A DNA stretch of 64,000 nt from Mobula hypostoma (taxonomy: Eukaryota), in assembly GCF_963921235.1 (NCBI RefSeq), contig NC_086106.1:22754001-22818000 (forward strand). The letters run 5' to 3'. This document shows positions 40,189 through 49,898 of the stretch, piece by piece. Within the stretch, counting starts at the first letter, position 1; each line of letters starts with the position of its first letter. The notes beneath the pieces were generated by a model. It was not told where the DNA came from, made no database searches, and was given only the letters and a program-made list of their open reading frames with translations. The position numbers were made by a program, and so were the translations under genes.

Positions 40189-41520
40189 ATCTTCCTGATT
40201 AGACTTACCACCAAAATCCTGACAAATAATGTAGGTAAGAATGTGTCTGATACATCCTCAAATTTCCAACCTTGATTTGAACTGTCATGGGTAACAACCT
40301 CATCCATTACATCAGTCTTTTTTGAGCCATAGCTTCTTTTACAATACAGGAAGAATCTGTGTTAGAATCCCTCTGTGGTTCCTCAGAATTGGAATTTATT
40401 GTTAAATGCACTTGAGGAAAAAAAATCTTGTCCACCTGCTAAATCATTCCTTAACAAAACAGAAACATCATTCACAGGTAAACTGTATTGTAATCCTACA
40501 TTAACAACCCCTGTAACTAATCCTGAGCTTAAAATTTCTCTATGTAAGTGTACTGGCATAAGAGCACTCATAACCATCTTATATAATTTACCTCACTAAT
40601 GTCAGACTCATCACTAAACCTTAGCACACTGTCTAATAATAGTGATTGCGGAGCTCCAGTATCTCTAAGTATTCTTATTGGTACTGAATTGGTTCCTTCT
40701 TTCAAGGATACAAATCTCTCTGTTATAAAAGCTTCATATCCCTTCTTAATTGGTCAGACTCGGACACATCTTCATTAATATTTTCTAAACCCCGTGGCTT
40801 TACAGGTTTTTCAATATGCTGCACGCGAGCATCTGGGACCACTTCTTACTCTTTCCGTTTCAATCGAAAGTAATTAGCTACTACAAGTCCAGGTTTCTTA
40901 CAATCACTACAAATAATACCAAAAATGTCTTTCCCTCACATGCTTACTTTTCTCACTAACTTCAGATTTAATTTCTCGTTTACCTCGGCTCTCTGTGCTG
41001 TTTTACCTTTCAAAAAAATTACCTGGAGAAAATTTATTCTTGTGAATTCAAACATACTTATCAGTCAATTTATAAATCTCCTGCAATGTAGCAGTGTCCT
41101 GTTCATTTAAGTATGTTCTCAATTCAACAGGAATGCCTCTTTTAAATTCCTCCAGTAAAATCATTTTTTTTTAAATTTACTATACTCCCCATTCATATTT
41201 TTAGCGGAAACGCATCTCTCAAAACTCACAAATTTCTCATAGGCAAATTCCACATCAGTTATTTACTTATTTATTTATTTGTTTCCACCGATTTTTTCAA
41301 ACTTCCGAATCTTTCTCTATACGCTTCCGGAACCATTGCATATGCCTTTAATATGTTCTGCTTAACAATATCATAATCCAGTGCTTGCTCAGCCTTTAAG
41401 GTTGTATAAACTTGTTGTGCCTTGCCTTTAATCACACTTTGTAACATCACTGGCCATTGGTCTTTCGGCCACTTTAAACTCAGGGCAACTATTTCGAAAT
41501 GTTGGATATATGTGTCCACA

Positions 41521-42042
41521 TACACAACACGCTGGAGGAACTCAGCATGTTCGGCAGCATCAGTGGGAAAGATCGGTCGACGTTTCGGGCCGGAACCATT
41601 CGTCAGGACTGTAGGGGGAAGGGGCAGTGGCCCTACAAAGAAGGTGGGGGGTGGGTGGGAAGGAGAAGGCTGGTAGGTTCCAGGTGAAGAACCAGAAAGG
41701 GGAAAGATAAAGGGGTGGCGGAAGGGATGCAGGGACGTGATAGGCAGGAAAGGTGAAGAAAGAATTGGGAAAAGCACAATGGGTAGTAGAGGGAGGCGGA
41801 ACTAAAAGAGAGGTGATAGGCAGCTGGGGCAGGGGGCACAGTGACATAAGGATAGGGGAAGGAAGGGGGAGGGAATTACCGAAAGTTGGAGAATTCTATG
41901 ATCATATCAAGGGGCTGAGAGACGACCTAGACGGTATATGAGGTGTTGCTATCTTTCCCATTCATGCTGCCCGACCAGCTGAGTTACTCCAGCGTGTTGC
42001 GAGTGTTGCTTTGACCCCAGCACGTGCAGGTTATTTTGTGTT
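41521..42042. mobile_element. Penelope-like element pseudo-LTR insertion with inverted ends, inside gag
   Basis: 12-bp TSD TATGTGTCCACA at 41509-41520 and 42043-42054; inverted copies of GCTGGAGGAACTCAGC / GCTGAGTTACTCCAGC at the two ends; contains a hammerhead core. Confidence 0.75.
41574..41611 (-). ncRNA. Minimal type-I hammerhead ribozyme motif
   Basis: Minus strand CAGTC-CTGACGA-ATGGTTCCGGCCC-GAAA-CGTC|GACCG: core CUGANGA and GAAA, palindromic ACGU stem III, GUC cleavage triplet, stem I CAGUC/GACCG with one mismatch. Confidence 0.7.
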
Positions 42043-42561
42043 TATGTGTCCACAATAGCCTCATTAAACGGAGGAGCCAAAATAACCTGACGACTAACAA
42101 TAAACTGTTTCGTCGAAATAGAAGACCGATTCCCAGACCTTATTTTCTGCATCTCTAGCTCAAATTTCCTCTAGTTTTCATTTCCACTTTACATCTTTCA
42201 AACATTAACTATTCATTATGCGACTGCATTTCCAGATTACTCATTGGAAACTTATCTAACACCACAGCACCAAACAATACCAAATTAATATAGTGATCAG
42301 CATTTTTTCTTTGTATGAAAGACTTGGTAGAATTTTTCGTCATTCCTTCAATATCCAACTTCCTCGCAATCTCCAGTACCTCAGGTTTTCTCGCATTCTC
42401 TGAGGATCCCGAGTCAGGCGTCTCTAAAAAACCTGTTAATATCCATGGTTGCCGAATTTAACACACACACCAATCAAACAAACAAACAAAAAAAACCGGA
42501 TATTAACCTTTTCCTAATCAAACTGGCACGTACCAGCATTTGAACTGAAAATCGGAACATT

Positions 42562-42575
42562 GCCCACGAGCCCCA
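42562..42575 (-). promoter_or_regulatory. Putative primer-binding site (tRNA-Pro-like)
   Basis: Minus strand TGGGGCTCGTGGGC 8 nt from the 5' LTR; partial match to TGGGGGCTCGTCCGGGAT, the complement of the tRNA-Pro 3' end. Confidence 0.5.
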
Positions 42576-42694
42576 ACCGATTATGTTGCGTAAAAGGCAA
42601 CAATTAATATCAATCGAGACAGGTTATATAAAAACAATCAAACGTTTATTAAACACGGATAAACGATAAGGAAAAAATAAACGAAAACGTTAAC

Positions 42695-42911
42695 AACAGG
42701 AATTCTACAGATGCTGGAAATTCAAGCAACACACATCAAAGTTGCTGGTGAACGCAGCAGGCCAAGCAGCATAGAAACATAGAAACATAGAAAATAGGTG
42801 CAGGAGTAGGCCATTCTGCCCTTCGAGTCTGCACCGCCATTTATTATGATCATGGCTGATCATCCAACTCAGCATCTATAGGAAGAGGCGCAGTCGACGT
42901 TTCAGGCCGAG
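42695..42911. mobile_element. Penelope-like pseudo-LTR fragment in the 5' LTR, itself interrupted by a CR1 3' tail (42773-42869)
   Basis: AACAGGAATTCTACAGATGCTGG...GCAGCAT and CTATAGG...CAGTCGACGTTTCAGGCCGAG (partial hammerhead on minus); the inner CR1 tail AGAAACATAGAAACATAG is bounded by CAGCAT at 42767-42772 and 42870-42875. Confidence 0.7.
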
Positions 42912-43555
42912 TCAGCAAATCAACACTCGGCACTTGTTCTTAAAGCGTTGAATGCGAAAACAGTTCTTAAAGCGATAAAGTCAGATATAGTCCTTAAACC
43001 GATAAGTTCGGAAGTCCAGCAGATCAGTGCGTTCAATTGGGGAGAGACTTCTCTGAAGAAGAATTTCTTCACAGACGCGACTTTCCTGCCGATTCTGTCC
43101 ACAGAATCCACGTGGAGGTAAGCAAACAGTTTAAACAATTGACCGTAACTTCTCTTAGAGAGAGAAAGAGAGAGAAAACCGTTGCATGACTCCTTGTTCC
43201 TTTTGGCAAGAGTTATTCTTAATGCAGGTTACTATTCCGCCAACGAAGACTCAATAAAGTCGATCCTTTGTAATACTGTCAAACGATGCCAACTCCACTC
43301 GATCCCTCGATCCTGTACTTGGATAAATTATTCACTCTGCCTTCTACTGTTGGAATTGAGTAAATCAACACATCAAGCCAAAAATTTCCAGTCGAATAGT
43401 ATTAGCTCTTGCAAGAGAACGCAAAACCTTTTTAAAAAGGAAACTGCGTCACAAAAACAAACATGCAACAGAAACGGAGATACAGCATGTTCTACTAGGA
43501 AATCTGCAAACTAACTACCTATTGCGTCATCTGGATCGACCCTAATATAGTCATT

Positions 43556-44818
43556 GTGCACTGTGGATGGTGCACTTTGACCATGGTGCATGGTCAAGTG
43601 GATGAAGGGAAGGCAGTGGGTATTGTCTACATGGATTTCAGTAAGGGCTTTGACAAGGTCCCGCATGAGAGGTTAGTTATGAAAATTCAGTCGCTTGGTA
43701 TACATGGAGAGGTGGTAAATTGGATTGGACATTGGCCCAATGGAGGAAGCCAAAGAGTGGTGGTAGAGAATTGCTTCTCTGAGTGGAGGCCTGTGAGTAG
43801 TGGTGTGCCACAGGGATCAGTGCTGGATCCATTGTTATTTGTCATCTATATCAATGATCTGGATGATAATGTGCTGAATTGGATCAGCAAATTTGCTGAT
43901 GATACAAAGACTGGAGTTATAGTAGACAGTGAGGAAGGATTTCAGAGCCTGCAGAGGGGCTTGCACCAGCTTGAAAAATGGGCTGAAAAATGGCAGATGG
44001 AGTTTAATACAGACAAGTGTGAGGTATTGCACGTTGGAAGGTCAAACCAAGGTAGAACATACAGGGCTAATGGTAAGGCACTGAGGAGTGCAGTGGAAGA
44101 GAGGGATCTTGGAATACAGATACAAAATTCCCTAAAAGTGGCGTCACAAGTAGATAGGGTCGTAAAGAGAGGTTTTGGTACATTGGCCTTTATTAATAAA
44201 AGTATTCAGTATAAGAACTGGAATGTTATGATGAGGTTGTATAAGGCATTGGTGAGGCCGAATCTGGAGTATTGCGTTCAGTTTTGGTCACCATACTACA
44301 GGAAGGATATAAATAAGGTTGAAAGAGTGCACAGAAGGTTTGCAAGGATGTTGCCGGGACTTGAGAAACTGAGTTACAGAGCAAGTTTGAATAGGTTAGG
44401 ACTTTATTCCCAGGAGCGTAGAAGAATGAGGGGAGATTTGATAGAAGTTTATAAAATTATGATGGGTATAGATAGAGTGAATGCAAGCAGGCTTTTTCCA
44501 CTGAGGCACGGGGAGAAACAAAAAAAAACAGAGGACATGGGTTTAGAGTTGGGGGGGAGTTTAAAGGGGACATTAGAGGGGGCTTCTTCACACAGAGAGT
44601 GGTGGTGTATAGAATGAGCTGCCAGATGAGGTGGTAAAAGCGGGTTATTTTTTAACATTTAAGAATAAATTGGACAGATACATGGATGGGAGGTGTACGG
44701 AGGTATATGGTCCGTGTGCCGGTCAGTTAGACTAGGCAGAAAATGGATCGGCACAGCCAAGAAAGGTCAAAATGCCTGCTTCTGTACTGTAGTTTCTATG
44801 GTTTCTATGGTTTTTATG
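43556..44818 (+). mobile_element. Young 5'-truncated CR1 insertion with a 353-codon open RT frame (43556-44617)
   Basis: YMDFSKGFDKVPH, SGVPQGSVLDPLLF, KFADDTK, LYKALVRPNLEYCVQFW; tail GTTTCTATGGTTTCTATGG; interrupts the LTR. Confidence 0.9.
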
Positions 44819-44921
44819 TCATCACGTGACCTCACATCGGCAGGAAAATCACAACCGGTGACTTCCTAAAGACCATTACATCATTCTCGAAAAAAAAACA
44901 GATCTCCTTGAGCATGTAACA

Positions 44922-45420
44922 GGTGCCAGAGCCTTCAACCGGAATCCATGGAAATAATGTATTCATAATAGTCACCAAAGCAAAGGAGATGGTGATTGAC
45001 TTTTGGGCAACACGGACTACTCACACCATTGTGTGCATTAGCACTGCAGCGGTGGAAACTGCGAGCAGTTTAAGTCGCCTGGGCACATATCTCTCACAAA
45101 GTTCATGATCCCAGAACAAACAAACAACCAGGAAAGGGTAATAGCGCCAATGTTTCTCTTTTTTTTTTTACTTGACGGTCAACAGAGAGCTGGATAATGC
45201 ATATCTATACTCACATCTATCTACCGTCGCTTATGTGGAGAATAACCTAACTTGCCTCAACACTGCCTGGCCCAGAGACAACTCCGCAGCGAAAAGGGAA
45301 ACTTTTTTAGTGGTTAATCATTCATAACTAACTCCAGTCCACACGCCGGCAATGACATTGTTACAGCATAATACCCGAAAACGGCCAGTGGTATCATGAA
45401 GGAAACCACTCACCCAGCTT
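44922..45420 (+). mobile_element. Rex1/Babar LINE RT remnant, right part
   Basis: NNVFIIVTKAKEMVIDFWATRTTHT...AVETASSLSRLGTYLS continues the frame interrupted at 36824. Confidence 0.6.
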
Positions 45421-45574
45421 GTGAACGATCTGACACACACCCAGTACGGTGGAGGCCAGATCCCTCCAGATCGACATCGCCAGCCTCCAAATTACTTACA
45501 TTCGCCAAGATAAATGAGGGTGGAAAACAGAGATAGGGCTCAATTGGGGGGGGGGGAGGGAACAGAGAGATTGG

Positions 45575-45595
45575 TAGATAGAGACAGAGAGAGAG

Positions 45596-45638
<43 letters not shown>

Positions 45639-45690
45639 AGAGAGAGAGAGAGCAGAGAGAGAGAGAGCAGAGAGAGCAGAGAGAGAGATT
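45575..45690. repeat. (AG)n microsatellite complex
   Basis: Long interrupted AG dinucleotide run; more AG-rich sequence extends to about 45900. Confidence 0.95.
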
Positions 45691-46035
45691 TAGTGTTAAG
45701 GCTAAAGTTATTTGAGAATGTCGGTTGAAAATGCTGCGGCTGCTGAAGCTGGATACAGATTAATTCATAGCGACAGAGATAGAGATAAATCAACAGAGAG
45801 AGAGAGAAAGAAAAGAAAGAGCTCAACGGGGAGATCAGAGGAGAGAAACAGAGAGAGAGAACAGCAAAGGGGGGGGGGAGAGAGAGAGAGATCAAACGAG
45901 CAAGACTGACACTCCTCTCTGCATCATAAGCTCATCGGTTAATAAATATAGAAAACATCCGTCAGATGTTTCTCTTTGTTCATACGCTCCCAAACAAGTA
46001 TATGCATATTACACATTCTCTCTATCTCTCTCTTC

Positions 46036-46038
<3 letters not shown>

Positions 46039-46071
<33 letters not shown>
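46039..46071. repeat. (CA)n microsatellite
   Basis: Perfect CA run about 260 bp beyond the V1 RSS nonamer. Confidence 0.95.
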
Positions 46072-46073
<2 letters not shown>

Positions 46074-46331
46074 CCGAGTGATTGTCATTTTGAATTTTAC
46101 CGGTTATGTTTCTCTTGCCGTATATTTCACAAATTAAATGAGATGGCAGTGATCTCAGGATCTCACTGCAATATTGGAAAGAGCGCTCCGGTTACACCAT
46201 CACAAAGTCTTCACAGACGAAGGCGAGGGAAACTGCAACATGTACTCTTTGTGGCGCGAAACCACAATCAGAAATAAAGTGCTCAAATATATCTAGCTGC
46301 AGAGATCAAAGTATGTATTATACAGTAAGTG

Positions 46332-46370
46332 AAATTTTGTACGACCATTTAGCTGGAATACATCACTGTG
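46332..46370 (-). promoter_or_regulatory. Recombination signal sequence with 23-bp spacer (V1)
   Basis: Heptamer CACAGTG (46370-46364), 23-nt spacer ATGTATTCCAGCTAAATGGTCGT, nonamer ACAAAATTT (46340-46332; consensus ACAAAAACC). Confidence 0.95.
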
Positions 46371-46828
46371 TGCCTTAGGGCACAGTAATAAACTGCAGAG
46401 TCGCTCAGTTGCAGCTTTGAGACGGTAACGCTGAATTTTTTTTTGTCCTTCTCCAGAGAGATTTTGAAGCGACTTTTCGCAAATTCGGCAAAATTGTCAT
46501 CTCCACCACCACCTTTGTACAGTATGTACTCCAGACTTTGTTCTGGCCGTTGTCGGTAAAAATATAAACGATAGCCGCCCAATGTAGTACCATAGGTGTA
46601 GTTAAAAGTCACAGACTCTTCTTCTGCTGTCTTCACTTCTGGTGGCATTGTGTGAGTGACAGAGTTTCCATGACTCGTATCTAAAAAATAATGTCAAAAC
46701 ATGAAATGTTATATTGAGATTTGTTTTTTTTTTCCAGAATTCAGTTTCGAGATCTCTTTTGAATTGTCTGCTGCGTACAAACCAGTTAACCAGGCTCCGT
46801 ACACAATCCAGATGACGAATATCCACAT
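46371..46828 (-). CDS. T-cell receptor alpha/delta-type V gene segment (leader exon plus V exon); open frame but lacks Cys23 and Trp41
   Basis: Leader 46828-46783 MWIFVIWIVYGAWLT(G|GT), 102-nt GT-AG intron, V exon 46680-46371 DTSHG-NSVTHTMPPEVKTAEEESVTFNYTYGTTLGGYRLYFYRQRPEQSLEYILYK...RFKISLEKDKKKFSVTVSKLQLSDSAVYYCALR, then a 23-RSS. Confidence 0.92.
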
Positions 46829-46909
46829 TATTTTTCTGAAGAATGCGTTGAGTGATTTTCTCCTCAGAAAAATGTCGCCAAGATTCAGGACTTTCGGATT
46901 CTGCTGTTT

Positions 46910-46975
46910 AAGTGCTATAATGGGCAGGAAATGAAAAGCGCCCAATCGGAACGCAGCCTCTTGATACATGCTCCG
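46910..46975 (-). promoter_or_regulatory. Putative V1 promoter elements
   Basis: About 90-145 nt upstream of the leader ATG: TATA-like TTATAG (46920-46915), ETS-like CAGGAAAT (46925-46932), CCAAT (46942-46946) and a GC-box-like CTCCGCC. Short motifs, not proof of function. Confidence 0.35.
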
Positions 46976-47457
46976 CCTATTGCCTCAGACAGGTCCATTT
47001 CCATGTACCTAACGGAAAGAGCGTCACACCCCGTTCCCTGACTGATACAGCCCTCTGACGACATAAGCCTGCAGCTCTCGAAAAAACTTATTTCCTTGGT
47101 ACAGTCGATCGACGTGCCAAAGAGAAAGACGGTGGAAATTCTAAAAGACCGCTTCTTGCCGACTTTCAGCAAAGTAGCGATAACTACAAGGGAAACTCTC
47201 CATCGGAGGTTGGTTCCTGGGACATATATTATAGATCATGTATCTCAGGATTTTCTATAGAGACAAACAATGGTAAAATAATTTGACCACGTCACTTAGG
47301 AACTGCAGTTCTGTATGAAGGAGCTATCGTCCGTATAAAAGTTTAGAATTATCTCTGCCTCTCTGTTTCTATCCTTTCGCACATGCCGTTGCTGCTTCAT
47401 TCTGTCCGCATCGGTGTCTGTATCTGTATGTCTGTCTCTAACAGAACTCGTGCTCGC

Positions 47458-47530
47458 GTGTGTGTGTGCGTGCGTGTGTGTGTGTGTGTATGTGTGTGTG
47501 TGTGTGTTTATGTGTCTTTGTGTGTGTGTT
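47458..47530. repeat. Interrupted (GT)n microsatellite
   Basis: Seen directly. Confidence 0.9.
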
Positions 47531-48494
47531 CACATCCTGACATTTTTTCAATCGCTATGTGTTGATGTTTCAGAGCAAATTGAGCTGAGCAACACCCAGG
47601 GTAGCGTTTCGAGTGTACCCGTCACTATAGGTTGAGTTTGACGGCGTGGAGATATAAGGCGCAATACAACATAGGGTCTCCTGAAATGATTACAAGTAAT
47701 CCTTCAAACTTTCTACACCTCGGTGTCAAAATGCCCAGAAATTCTGGGGAGCATTGGACATATTGCAGCTGATATGTTGGATATATCTCAGGACTCTGAA
47801 AGAAATGCAGCATGCCCTTTCATGTATGTATATTTCAATGTTTTGCCTGTCCGTTCTCAACCAATAATTTAGCTGAAACGACCAAACGTATTGTGGCAGG
47901 TACGCTTCTCGCTCCTCTCTGATAAAAGACTCCAGAACCTTCGACAACAGGAGTGGATGATCCCCACGGTATAAAGGTAGTCCATTTTTTTTTTTACAGA
48001 GTCTCAGTGGGCAGCACAACCAAATTAATCTGTAAGTAGCACATAGAATAAATGTTCTGTAGTATATAGGTATTACTCCTTCAATTTCTCTCTTTCTCGC
48101 TCAAACTCTCTCTCCCCATCTCAACTTCTACCTGAGTCAATATCCCTGTATATCTTATAGTTTATTTATACTCCGTTTTTTTTCTGTATCACTTTCGTTA
48201 TCTTCCTACCTTCACAACTCTGCTTTCCTCTAGCCATCACTATCTCTCGATGTCCTGTTATCTCTTTCTAGTTCTTTGATATATGTGTTGTTTTGTTAAT
48301 TTTCTCATTTTAATACAGTTCGTCTCTTTTTCCAACCCTTTCTCTTCGTCACTCTTTGTTATTCTCTCAGTGCCTCTCATTCCAGCCATTTTGTCTCCCT
48401 ATCGCTTTCTCAGTTTACCTCGCTGTCTAAATGTATCTGACTGAAATTTCTTCTTTCCATTAGTTACTCTCTCTCTCCTCCTTTGCCTTCGCTT

Positions 48495-48506
48495 TCTCTG
48501 TCTCTC

Positions 48507-48563
<57 letters not shown>

Positions 48564-48572
48564 CTCTCTCTC
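48495..48572. repeat. (CT)n microsatellite within a long pyrimidine-rich tract
   Basis: Seen directly; the pyrimidine bias extends roughly 48080-48830. Confidence 0.9.
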
Positions 48573-49337
48573 CCCACTCCACCCCCCCCCTCCATTATAC
48601 TCTCAGTGCCTCCCTCTCCGGCTACTATATCCACTTGTTGTTTACTTCATTTGTCTCGCTGTTTTTTCGCTACGTGGTTGTAATTTCTTTTTTTTTTGCT
48701 TTTACCCTATCTTTTCCTCTCTCACCTTCTGTACTCTTTGTGTTTGTGCGTGTGCTTATTGTATTATCACCACACATCCTTACACTCATCTTTGTCTCTT
48801 TCCCTTTGAGCCTGCTACTCCTGCAGTATTTCCACGTATTAATTTCTGACTATAGATGTTCTCCCACTGACAGTTTGCGAAAGATAGACATTAAAGTGAA
48901 TCGTTATCCCTCCAGGACTCGACATGCATGTCTACTCCTGTCTGATTCTGTGTTTTCTTATTTAAAATGAGAAGAAAAGAAAAACATAACTTCTCTTTCC
49001 GATCTAGCACAACTTTTCTGTCAGTCTATCCAGTTTGACACCACTTAGTCCTACGGTTGGCACGGCTCTGCTATAGTTTGTGTCATTTCAGAGTTTGTAG
49101 TTCATTTTTGGCGCTATGTTGCGAAGAGACTCTGTATGTCCACACGATTGATAAGTGGTGTTCCCTTCGGAATTCAATGAATACGGGGTGGGTTAATTGG
49201 AAAATGTAAATTGTTCCATGATCTCCTTGAAATATTCAGCTTTGGCGGTGGTTGCAGAGACAGCGTGGCGTAAGGTTTGTTACACAGTCTCGCGCTGTAT
49301 CGCTACTATTGGAAAAAACAACAAATTTGCAGAATAC

Positions 49338-49389
<52 letters not shown>

Positions 49390-49407
49390 TTATCTATCTA
49401 TCTATCT
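49338..49407. repeat. (ATCT)n tetranucleotide microsatellite
   Basis: Seen directly. Confidence 0.95.
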
Positions 49408-49522
49408 GTCTGCTAGTTTGTTTATTTATTTATGTCTTTATTTATTAATTTAGCGACGGCCCACTAAAGTAACGTATTGCATGTCTAAATGTGCTTTGCC
49501 ATAGTTGCCAGTTACCGTTGTT

Positions 49523-49528
<6 letters not shown>

Positions 49529-49560
<32 letters not shown>

Positions 49561-49654
49561 TCCTCGTGTATTATGGCGGTTGGCACCCAGCTTCATGATG
49601 CATCACCGCCACCTTCTGCTCCGGAGTGTGCAATGGAATTACATTCAAAATCAC

Positions 49655-49700
<46 letters not shown>

Positions 49701-49811
49701 TACCCTAACCTGCACTTTATCGTCCCATCTTTGACCATCCTAGTGCCCTATTCCTGTTTTCCCGTCTTATCCAATATAAAAAAAAAATCTCTGTACCAGA
49801 GTTGCCTGCCG
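49529..49811 (-). mobile_element. Nimb/I-clade LINE 3'-end fragment
   Basis: Reverse-complement match to 1292-1545; 18-bp duplication GTTACCGTTGTTTCTTCT at 49511-49528 and 49812-49829; (GA)n tail and internal (TG)n. Confidence 0.7.
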
Positions 49812-49832
49812 GTTACCGTTGTTTCTTCTTTC

Positions 49833-49898
<66 letters not shown>

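Larger units (their letters stand above)
36825..44921 (-). mobile_element. Gmr1-like Gypsy LTR retrotransposon provirus (gag-PR-INT-RT), decayed, with nested insertions
   Basis: LTRs at 36825-37718 and 42584-44921 (interrupted), TG...CA ends, TSD GATG/GGTG; gag 41271-41520 (FEIVALSLKWPKDQW...PEAYRERF); protease RDTGA at about 40655-40665; integrase 38993-40188; RT 38091-38824. Confidence 0.9.
42584..44921 (-). repeat. 5' LTR of the Gmr1-like element, split by Penelope and CR1 insertions
   Basis: Colinear with 36825-37718 in three blocks: 42584-42694, 42912-43561 and about 44818-44921. Confidence 0.85.

Noticed and set aside
45410-45895. 161-aa ORF rich in SL repeats (similar ORFs at 48483-48683 and 49489-49928)
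   Set aside because: Stop-free translation of AG, CT or CA microsatellites.
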